From positions 56,732,001 through 56,796,000 of the forward strand of contig NW_024704742.1 of the NCBI RefSeq assembly GCF_018977255.1: a stretch of 64,000 bases of DNA. The letters are read 5' to 3'. The stretch comes from Callorhinchus milii (taxonomy: Eukaryota). Positions within the stretch are counted from its first letter, which is position 1; each line of letters begins with the position of its first letter. Both the position numbers and the translations under genes were made by a program. This document shows positions 27,101 through 39,100 of the stretch, in pieces. The notes under the pieces are model-generated. The model ran no database searches, was not told the origin of the DNA, and saw nothing but the letters and a program-made list of their open reading frames with translations.

Positions 27101-30100
27101 AATTGGTGCTCAACCTGTACAAGAACCTGTGGAGTCCTGTAGCTCAGTGGTTAGAGCACTCGCTTTGCAAGTGAGAGACCTGAGTTCAATTCCAGGCAGG
27201 GCGAAACCTTGGGCAAGTTTCCTTACTCCACACGCCTAATAATAATCCCTCCAAAAAAACAAAAACAATAATAAATTGGTCATTTTCAATCTACGACTGT
27301 TTGTGGGACATTGCTGTGCGCAATTGGCTGCCGCGTTCGCCCACAAATATACAGTCAATTCACTTTACAGTGTGTTCTGTGAAGCGCTTTGGGACGTCCT
27401 CCTGACGTGAAAAGCGCTATATCAAATGCAAGGATTATTATTATTATTATTATTATTATAAGAAATATACAACATTACAAGCTACATTTCTTAACAATGC
27501 ACCAGCAATGCATGCTTCCCAAAACTTAGCAGAAGAGTTTATTTGTTAGGAAATTTATTTTATTTTCAAAAAGTACAGGGGCCTTCTCCCCCTCCTCTCA
27601 AACAGTAGGTGAGGCTATTAGAAGATGCAATAAATTAACGGTGAGCCATGATTTGAAATTGCAAATGTAAGCAATGTTTTGATTTTATTATTATATACAA
27701 TATATAGATATAGATATAAAATCAACATTCATAGGAATCTGATTGTCATCGTCATCAACAAAAGTTATGCTAAAAATGAAACTAGTAATTGGCCTAGATA
27801 AGCAGACTTAGATAACTGGATAACTGGACTTAGGTTTGCACCAAACCCAATTATTTTTCATCATTACTTCTGACTTTTTCTGGATTGTTATAATTTCATT
27901 CTGCCTGCAGTTAGATTTAACTCCTGCCTCCTGAGAAAAACACTAGAAAAACATCCGGATTCTGGAGAGGGGACCTTAGACAGAATTAAAATGGCTTAGG
28001 ACATGAGCCAACTGTGTGTATGCATGTGTGTATGCATGTGAGAATGCGTGTGTTTATTTTTCAGAAGAATATGAACTCTTAAGTGTATCTTGGCTGGAAA
28101 GTCATGTTGGATTGCTTTACCAAGAAAGTCTATAGTGAATAACCAAATTGTAGCTATCTGTATTCTGATCCTAATGGGAACCAATTCTTTTTCAGCGGTA
28201 TTTTAAAAACTGTAGGAAGATGTGATTACATCAGCTGAGAGATTTCTGTCTCTATTCATTTCTTCCCTGTTCGCATCGCACAAGGAGAGGAGAGTGTACT
28301 CTCCAGTTAATATTTCATTATTTTTGTTCATTTTGGGGGGTGGGGAATGTAGGTTTGTGCACAGATGTGAATGGGATCTAGTTTCCCTTGTCAGTCAGTA
28401 AGATGAACAACGACCTTTGGACATATACCTGAGGTGGTGTAAGTGAGAGTTGCCTCAACAAATGCAGGGTCCCAGCAGCCTATTTACAGGATGTTCTCCT
28501 TTTAGCCCTTCCAATAAAATCTACAGTAAAAACAAACAGTGGGTAAAGTAACCCAGGTTTTACCTTGTCCTTTGCAGATCTCTGGCGGTCTTATGGCATT
28601 AATGACAACCCAAGAGGGGCTCTGAATGGCGATGCTCACAGCTCGTCGCTGACAGCCAAAGGTTTCCGCAGCGTCAGGCCAAACCTTTCATTTCCAGAAA
28701 GGAAAACTCCCCCACAGCAGGTGAATATATTATCTGTATGTCGCTACCCACACTTCTGTACATATCTGTACAGCACCTTCATCAAGTTGTTTTCCAAATA
28801 AATGCTTACACGTTCTATCAGGGAATCGGAGGGGGTTGGGGATAGCTTTTGTTATTTTTTACACCATCCAACATAGAGTATGTGGAATTCACCAAGAGCT
28901 GATGTGATTCAATGGGACCGAACATGAGCCTCATTTAAACCTAGGATACATCTCACACCAGTAGCATCTGTTTAAGCTCCTACTGGAAGGGAACAAAAAG
29001 AGCAAATATTTCCTTGATGCAGGTTTAAGTCATAATCACAATGTATTGACTCCAGAATGACTGCATTGTTTTCATGTTGCCTTTTATCTTGGTAAATAGG
29101 AACATAAGAACAGTAGGAAGACATTCAGTCCATCAAGTCTGTTCCGCCAGTTTATTAGACAATAGCACATATTTTTAATCCTATTTCCCCATAATTGTAA
29201 ATTATGCCTGGGGTTTCAGATAATTTCCATTGTGACCAATAAACATTTGCTTTCTTATTTCTGTAACGTTGATTTAACACCCTACAGAACTACCCCTGAG
29301 CACACAATGTACCACTTGTTCATTGAACTACAATGCACGTGCCTGTCATAAAGTGGGATCTGCTAGTCACTCTTTCAACCAGTGTGGCTCCTAATACAGG
29401 AAATTGATTCAGTTCAACAATTTAATTACAATAAAAGGTCATTATGCTGCTCAGTAGAATTATAAAATTGAGTCCAGTCTGTAAGTGTACAGTGGAGTTT
29501 CAATTATTTACCATAATAGACAGTCACTAAATTGTGTAATTGAAATTGGCTTAACCTAATCTTTTGTCAGACTATGTTTTTCTCGTTGTTGTCAAGTGGC
29601 AAAGTTAAGCCGGGTTCTCCCGAGATGGATTTGAGGAAGTGAGATGTAAAATGTCCAAGGACACAATGAAATGTACTGGAATACAAATTTATTGCAACAG
29701 ACTCAATGTATGAAGAATGACAGTACTTTGGCACTCTGCAACAGACTGCCTTTAATTTGTATTAGTCATGGGGAATGCTGCCCTGCTTGCACTGTAATAA
29801 AATTCAAATCATTGATGGGATGTCTATGACTTAAACCTTGGTTTTTTAAAAAATTAATTATGGCAAAAAAAAGTCTGGCTCATAATTATGTCATTTGTTG
29901 GTGCCAACAACATCCACAGTTGATGTTTTGAGGCTAACATTGGAAAATGCAAATACAGCCTCGTATGACTTATACGAAGTCAACTGTTGCACGTCATATG
30001 TAATTCAGTGTGTTATAGAGGAAAGTGATTTTTAAAAAAATTGTGTTGAATGGTTGTTTTGGTAAATAATAAATGCTAGTGTCAAAAAGCACATCTGATA

Positions 30101-33100
30101 TGGTGTTCTGATGGCCAAGAATTTAGACTAATGGGAACTCTGCAGATGCAAGCTTGGACTAATATACTAGACTGACAACTCTATTATTGAACAACTTATG
30201 GTCTGCTTAAGAAACGTAATAAATTTATTATGTAGCTCTCTATCTGACAGTAATAATTTATTGAGTTATATAATACGTTTCTGGCCATTTGAAAGAAATG
30301 TTAAACTTGAGAACCTTTGCCGTTTAACTTTTCAGACATGTTATCATTTTTGAGACAACCCACTTTTCTGACATTGTGGGGTAGAATTATGGAAATGAGT
30401 TTCTAACTGAATTTGACCTCGTATCGCACAAGGAATGAAGTGGCTCAGAAATAATGAAGTCCTTTTCGCAATTGAATTGACCTCTGCAAATCATTTATAC
30501 CACTACCATCCAGACTCGTGTTATTTTTTAGGGTGGGATGAAGGAATTTTTGCAAGGCGTTAATTTCCATGGTTCTCTTTGAACGCATCTGGGTTGATCT
30601 GCGCTGAGCATTCACTTTCAATGTGCTTCATAGGTATTGAGTAAATCAACCGTTTAAATTCTGTCAGCATGGCTGAGTCAGTAGTGTTTACAGGATTCCA
30701 CGAATATATGTGTGTTGTGTATATGTAGTTATGATTGTAATTATCATATACAGCAGTTTTTTGTTTTTTATGGTGGAACAGACTCAATGGGCTAAATCAC
30801 TTATGTTTATATTTTTCTATGGCCTATAGAGTACTGTATGATAAGAGAAATGTATTGATAGTTTTCTCATAAAATAACATACACACTGTTAAGAAACCAA
30901 ATGCTCTGCTGAGATTGCTTTGTAAAGATAAGCATAATGTGAATCATGGCTGCGCAAGTGGGTAACGTTCTCTGCTAAAAGTAATTCAGGTTTGTTCCCA
31001 TCTCCTTTCTCTTCTGGGGGAGGGAAAAATTGGCTAGTGCTCTCCACCAACTATGAGGACAATGGTGGGCAGAGGCCTGGAATATTTCATGGTTTTAGCC
31101 TTAAGACCATCACCATAAAACAATAAATAAGGTCTGTATAATTTTGGCCATATAAAATTTGGCAATTTAAGAATTTTTAAATTGTCTTAATTTTGAAACT
31201 GTCATTTCTGACGCTCTTCAAAATGCTGCAAGCACATATCAAATTGATCTGTTAGAGAACTTGCTGCACAGCCATGATCTTTTCTTGAGAGTAGTTTTGA
31301 GTTCACACATTTAGATTTGGCAATCTGTGTTTTTGTTTTTAAAAAAACTCCCAACAAAATGAATTGCTCAGCAGCCATTTTTTGTTTGCTGAAAGGCAAC
31401 AAGGTATAGAGTCAGTCTTTAAATGTATTTTGAAAGTACTGTATTATACTCAATGTTTTAATTCCAGCCAAATCTCCCTGCTGACGTTTTCCAATTTTGT
31501 TTTCTTTTTTCTTCTGTTTGGTTTCTTTCTTTCCTGCTGTGTGGTTGTCTTTGGCAGGTTCCTTCTCCACCACCCAGAAAGGAAAGCTTTAACTGGTATC
31601 CATTAACCAATCCCAGCAACTCCCATGCACCCTCTGGTTCAGACCAGGGACCTATAAATAGAAGCTGGCCAGCACTCCCAACATCTAACCTGCAAATAAC
31701 CTCCAATGTTACCTGTGTGACTAATGAGGAAGAGTATGTTCAGAGTGCTTCACATTTGTTTGAACAATCCAGTACACGTTTCTCGTGTTCACAACAGGCA
31801 CCATCTGACCAGGCCTCTACTCTATGTAAAGTAGTTGACCGTAGCAATGCCAACGCTTCACTCCAAACAAACTATGGGCACTTTCAAGAACGTAAAATTA
31901 ACACCATCAAGCTAACTCTATCAGAACGTCAAAAGGTTGCTAATTCCTCCAACACAGAACACAAATCTATGCCTCACTCTGACGTGAACCCCTCACTTCA
32001 TTCACCTTTCCCTGGAGATAAGACAGAGCCTGAGAGACACACAGCCTCTCTTTCCATTCAAATAGTTCCAGCCAGTGTGCATACAACAGAACAAGGACCC
32101 CCACCTGTATATGCTGCAGACAGTGGAAGGAAGCCACACAGGGACACGGCACAAGTGCTTAATGCTCCACCCTGTGCACAGTCCTCAGGGGATCGTCTGG
32201 TACATACTTTTCTTTTATTAGCAATAGTTAATATGTTTAATATTTTATTTTCTACTTACCGGAGATTTGCACGGCAACCGATTAACTCTTTGTTTTATAG
32301 CTGTCGAATGGCTTTATTCTAAAAAAAAGGAAAGTGAATTGCAACTATTGATGCTTACTGACAATAAAAACATTGGCTTGCACACATTTAGATATGTAAT
32401 AGGTCAAATTATCCAACTCTTTCTGTGGACTAATTGAGGTTACCCCAGCCACTCACAAGCTGAGAACTGTGACCATGGATATTCATTGTGTAATAGGGAC
32501 AAACTTTAAGATCAGTTGCGACTATGGGGTAATAATCCCTCAAAAAAAATGTTTTTTAAATTTAAAATGTGGTCACTCAATCCACGACTGTTTCTGGAAC
32601 ACTGCTACGCGCAATTGGCTGCCGTGTTTCCCCCACAAAACATACAGTCAATTCACTTTACAATATATTCCCAATGACATATTAAGGCACTATATTAAAT
32701 GCAAGGATTATTATTATTATGTTATGATATTCAAGGGGTCCACATTTCTGTCCCTTCCCCAAACTATTTATTGTTGCTCTTTTATTAGTGCCATTCACCT
32801 TTTGATCGTGCTTCTCTCCTCAATTCAACAATGCCAAGCAGAACCAAAATAATGTTATAAATGGGCTTTGTATGTCTTTAATTATGGGGATTCTCTTTAT
32901 ACATTCCACTAGGAGATATTTGATTTAAAAAAAAGATCTCCAATGCTTTACTGGCCTGGTTGTAGTCTTGTTACTCAGAAAGTTTTGTTTGTGTCAGAAT
33001 TACCAGGTCTAGTCTTTGTGATTGAGTTTGAATGAGAGATCCGTGTCTTCGTTTAAAAAAAGGATTGTTTTATTCACTTAATTTTTTGTATTCAGACCCT

Positions 33101-36100
33101 AAATGAATGGATAAGATGTAAAATGTAGTACTGTACAACTTACCAAGTTGGAAATAGTAGAAGATAAAAGAAGTCAAGAAATGGTTAGAAAATGCATGGT
33201 AGATTCTAGTGAAGAATGTCTGTTAGTCCATTGATCTTACCCTATTAGACTGCCAACTCTGCTGTCTTCTCATTATGGCACAGAGCTTTTACTTAATGAG
33301 TTAACTACCTTGGCTCAAACATCTGTCCTGGTACTGCAACCCATGCCAGTTGTCGATTACTATCTGTGTGAAGAAATGCTTCCTAAAGTCACCCCAAACT
33401 ATCCCCATACAAACGTGAACCCGTATCCTGTGGTTTATTTTTCTCTAACCATAAATATCTTACACAACACTATTTTGCCCACAAAATACAGTCAATCTAC
33501 TTTACAGTATAATTCTGACAAGCACTTTGTCTCAGCGACATGACAAAGCAGTATTATTATTATTAAGGCCTGTTCTGAGATGTTTCATTTATTGCAGGGC
33601 TTAATCTCTCTTTTTAATTTCCCTGTTGATGCATTTTTGTTTAATTTGTCCTGAAGTACGTCATTGTCCTGGATACTTTCAAGAATGTACCATCCTTGGT
33701 AGATTTATACTTGAGTTGTACCCCAGACTGTTGTTAAACTCATCCCTCATACTCCTAAATTGAAAAGCCTGCAGGAATTCAGAGTAGAGATTTTAGAGTA
33801 TAAAGTTTAACTTTCTTGACATTGAGGGAAAGAATGAGAGCAATAGTTTTGATAACCACAATGTGGAGATGCAGGAAGCAGGAGGATACAGGCTGCAGAA
33901 CACAGATTGCATTACTTTAAAATGATACCTCACACCTAAATCTGACTCTTAGCCAGAACAAATTATTATTTTTTGATCAGCTGGGGTTTGAACACATGCA
34001 GAAACTCATCACCATACTTAACAACTAATTAACCTCAGTTAATATGTAGGGCAGTCTCAGGCATTATAGGAATTTGTCAATACCTCCTAATGTGGGGATT
34101 TGTTGGAAAGCCAAGTTGAAACAAAATTAGATTTGGGAGGAATTGAGGTACATGTTCCTCAATTTAAAATCAGAACAAAAGCTCCCACTTTTGAATCTTG
34201 GTCTATATACATTTAGGGTGTGTCATCTTAGAGGGGACAATGAAGACGGTGTAATTAGCTCCTTGTCAACTAAAGAGGAAAGACAGACAATGTTTTCCTG
34301 CTGACTAGAATCCAACAATTTCCAGTCAACATTGGGAGGCTAAAAGGTCCACACATGTGAGTGGAAGGTCCCATGTAACTGATTGTCTTCAGATTGAATA
34401 GCCCAATATACAGGCTCAAATGTGATGAGTGTCTACATTGATGAGGTATTGGGTGGAGGGGAACCAAATTAATTAGCACAAGGCTTCCTGTATCAGAGGA
34501 TTGATGGAAAGATTTACTTTAATCATATTTTATTAAATATCTCTAGGTTAAGTTATAACTATTTTAAAATTAGACTTATATTTGTTGAGTGTAAAATTGT
34601 TGAACATTTTAGGGAAATTGTTGTTAGTGAATCAATGATGGCTATCTGTAGATTCTTAATTCTAATTGCTGTTTGCTACATTGGAGGTCTACTTTGATGG
34701 TTGTAGAACATTGAATATTATATAACAGGAACATTCTGTGCTTTTTTTATAGAAATGAGCATACAGTAGTTCTTCCATTAAAAAATCATTTGTGCATATT
34801 TTGTTTTAACATTTACAAAGCTTGTTTGACATTTGTTCAACTGTTGCATTTTTTGTTTGCTGGATATTTAGCCTGAATTCCTAGGCTTACAAAACATAAA
34901 ATACTGCAGATATTGGAATTCTGAAACAAAAACAGAAGTCTCTGGGAAGACTCAGCAGGTCAGGCAGCATAGCATCAATGGAGAAAGGATAGTGAGTCAA
35001 AGTTTCGGGTCCACGACCCTTTGTCAGAACAAAGAATGAAGTTGTGATGGACCCGAAATGTTGACTCACTTTCCTATTTCCATAGATGTTGCCGGACCTG
35101 CTGAGTGTTCCCAGCGACTTCTGTTTCTGTCCTAGGCTTACAGTTTGGTATAGATCTCAGAGAATTAGTTTGTCCCCTGTAATTTTTATTTATAAAATGT
35201 GTTGTTTGACAGCATCTTATGCAGAATAAACTGTGCCTTTTGCTTTGTAGAAAATAATTAATTTCAGTTATTTTGGTTCTACATTCCTACTTTGCCCCCA
35301 TCTCTCCCTCCTCCCTTTCCCCCACCATCGCCCAGATGAAGCCCACCACCAGCTGCTTCGACCCCCTCCCCATCCAGCTTCTGGTCGCTCAACTCCCCCT
35401 CCTCTGCCCACTGCTAGCTGACGAAATCAAACAGTCCCTCTCCTCAGTCTCTGTCCCAGTCCCCCTCAAAACCAGTGTCATCTAAAAAAAACCTACCCTC
35501 GATCCCTCCAACCTCGCAAAATTCAGACCCATCTCAAGTCTGCCCTTCCTGGCCAAAGATTTGGAACATGTCATTAGAAATCAACTTTGATCAAACCCCT
35601 CCAGTCCAGTTTTTGTCCTGTCACGGCACAGAGACAGCGTTCATCAAAGTAACAAATGACGCCCCCTCTCTCTGTGACCAGGGCTTCCTCTACCTCTTCG
35701 TTCTCCTCAACCTCTTTGCGAGTTTGACATGGTTGATCAGGCCATCCTCCTAAATCATCTCTCCTCCCTCATCCACCTTAGTGGGACTGCACTCGCATGG
35801 CTCAAATCCTACTTAACAAACTGCCAACAATACATCTCGCCCAATGGTTTTTCCTCCCGCCCCCGCCTGGTCACATGTGGAATCCTCCAAGGCTCCTTCC
35901 TTGGCCCTCTCCTTTTCCTTATCTATATGCTCCCTCTCAGCGATGTCATCTGCAGACATGAGGTCAACTTCCACATGTATGCAGATGCTACCCAAATCTA
36001 CTTCTCCTCCAGCTGCGACTCCCAGTCTGCTGATGTCCTGTCAGCTTGTTTGACGAACATCAAGGCCTTGATGAGTGCAAATTTCCTGCGGCTGAATGTC

Positions 36101-39100
36101 GGCAAGACTGAAGCCATAATCTTTGGCTCCCGTCAACGTCTTCTCTTCTGCGGGTCTGAACTCCTCAACCTCCCCAGGTTCTCCCTTAGATGCACTGACC
36201 CTGTGCAAAACTTAGGCATCAGGGTCGATCCCCAGCTTTCCTTTCTACCTCACATCCATTCCTTGACCAGGACCAATTTTCCACCTCCATCACATTGCCC
36301 ACGTCCGTCCGTACCTCACAACCAAAGAAGTTGAAGCCCACACCTTCGGCACTTCCCAGCTGGACTATTCAAATGCTCTCCTCGCTGGTCTCCCAAGCTC
36401 CATCATACATGAAATACAATTGATTAAAACTCCGTCTCGAGGATACTCACCAGTACAAAACTCCATGCCCCCATCACACCAGTCCTTGCCAGGGTCCACT
36501 AGCTCCCCATCACCGAACATATTGATTTCAAGATCCTCCCACTCACTTTCAAATCTCTTCGTACCTGCGCACCTCCCTACCTAGCTGACCTGCTTACCCC
36601 CCACTTCACCACCTGCTGCTTCCGCTTGGCTATGGTCTTCTGTTCATTCCTCATCCTTCCACTCCACCATCAGTGGCTGTGCCTTCACCCACTGCGCCCC
36701 AAAAATCTGAAACTCTCACCCTCAAACCCTCCGCTTTGCCCCCTCCCTCACCACTTTCAAATCCTGCCTAAATACCTTCCTTTTTAATCGTGCTTAGAGT
36801 CACCTCCCACCTCCCTCTTCCCCTGGCTCAGGGGCAGATTTTGCCACCGTCCAGCGCTCCAGGACACTATTTTGTGTGAAGGGCGCTATTTAAATGCAAG
36901 CTGTTGTTCTACGTTTCTAGTTGTCGATGCCATCATTGTTCGTAATAGCAATTTATTGTTTATTGTTCATTATATTGGGCATTGGAAAGGATCTTGATTG
37001 GTTTGGACCTTTATTGATGGATGTAGCTACACATAATTCTACCTTGGGTCCTTTCCAATCATATTTTCTACAGAAAGAAATTTGATTCAAATTCATACAT
37101 TGCTGCTTTTGTCAAGGGATCTATTGCACCAAATGAACAATTTAAAAAAGAAGATGGATTTGTTGTGTCTGTTTGCGTGTGTTTTAATTGATTTGTGGTC
37201 AGATTATCATCTAGTTTGAGCTGTCTGATAGCTTATCCCTTTTGAAGGGAAATGACAGTCATTACTAAGAGCAGCTGAGCACTGATCAAAATACATTCCT
37301 TGGACCTTGGTGCAGGTTAATCGGTCTAATTATTTGTGTTGCTTTGTGCATTTGAAACAGATTAGGTTTGGATTGTAACATTTAAATGCAGAAAGCTGAA
37401 ATAATCATTCTAACAATACAAGTGGGGCACAGATTTTGCAGTACTGAATTTTTTTAATTATAGTGTTATATTCAACCAATTGGAAAAAACGGACTGCCTG
37501 AAGTTATTATTTATCAATGTTTGATTAATTGTCCCAAATATTTAATAACTTATTGACATGTTTACATCCTTAATATTCTCCCTCCTTCAGAATATGACTG
37601 CAGTGGCTCAGTCAGAAGAGAAAATGGCACCCAAGATTAATAATACTTCACAGGCATGCAGGCAAATCTCACCAAGAGTGTCTTCACCTTTACCTCTGGT
37701 ACCTACTAACCGGAACTTTCTGTCACCGTACACTGGTGTGAGCCCAGAGCAAAGTGTCTTGCCAACTTTTGATGACTTCATCCCTCCTCACCTTCAGAAA
37801 GCCCTTTCCCCAACCCCATCATTGTGCAGCTTTCCTCCCCCACGCTTGAATGAATCATCGCCCCTTGCCACTGAATGCACTCTGAGTGAATACTCGTCTC
37901 GGACTGTGAGCGAATCCTCCACAGCCATTCTAGATGAGCTGCAAACCTGTGGCTACGACACCACTGACCATTCTGCCACGCCATCCCCAACCCTGAGTCA
38001 GACGTCCGCATTAACTGATGATAAAGCCACCACCATCACTGCTGCTCCCATTCATGTAATTATCCTTCCTCTTTATCCTTACTCACCTAGGTGGTGTCAT
38101 TTCAGTAAGGGAAACTTAACCAGATGTATTCACGTCAGAGGTGTTGGCATGTGCTCTACCGTCTGAACTTTTCTTTTCCACTGTCGTTTTACACTGGTAC
38201 TACCCACTAACAGCTACTCATTCACAATTGTGGATGTCCTTGTCTTGAATCAAGTCTACCTATATGACTATGGTGGAATGTGGGGCATCTTGAAACAACC
38301 AAGCACATTAGCGCATCTCTAACGCAATACCACTTAATGTCTCTTTTTAAAATTTGTGCTGTGTAAGTCTTGGGGAGTTTTTTTCCAAACCTGATTTATA
38401 TGGAATTCAAATCAAGGTTGATCTGAAAGTTTGCTTTGATATAATGCATATTTTAACCACTGTTTTACCTCTGTCTTTAACCTTTGTAATCTCTACCTAC
38501 TGACCATCTCTATCTCAGAGTGCTAATGGATATTTTTGATTTCAGCTCATGCCTTGCTTTAATCGTGTAACATTTCCCCCAACATTGTCAGAATAACTAT
38601 TACTGTAATATTAACCTAACCCGTGAAGAATAAATTTAAAAAATGCTCAAACTATCTTTTGTTTTTTTTTCTCTTTTCTACTTATTTTCACTTATTTTAA
38701 ATTGAGAGTGCAAATACACATTACTCGTGGCCAGGGGAGCATTATGTCTCAATATTATTACCTTTTACAAAGAGGTTTAACCTGTTTCAGATTAGATGAA
38801 TTGGATTTTGCTCTTCTGATCAGTCAGTCTATTTTACCAATTCTACAATTCTGTTTGCTTCAAGAATTGGTCACAAACTACTGTACTTGTTTACCAAATC
38901 TGCAAAATCTTCTTTATTAAATCTTGTTTATCAGATCTGCAAAGGATGCACTTAAGGCAGCAAATCCTATCGTAACCTTGCTTAGTTTGAAGATCTACTG
39001 CATTTTGGCTATTCCTTCCTTGATAGTTGTGTGAGCACTGTGTACCCTCTATAGTTGGTAAAATCGCATTCCTGAAAATTACATTTGATTGCATAGTAAG

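Noticed and set aside
35729..36334. 201-aa reverse-transcriptase-like ORF as a functional gene
   Set aside because: The catalytic YADD is YADA, flanking frames are broken, and the element is 5'-truncated. It is a dead L2 copy.
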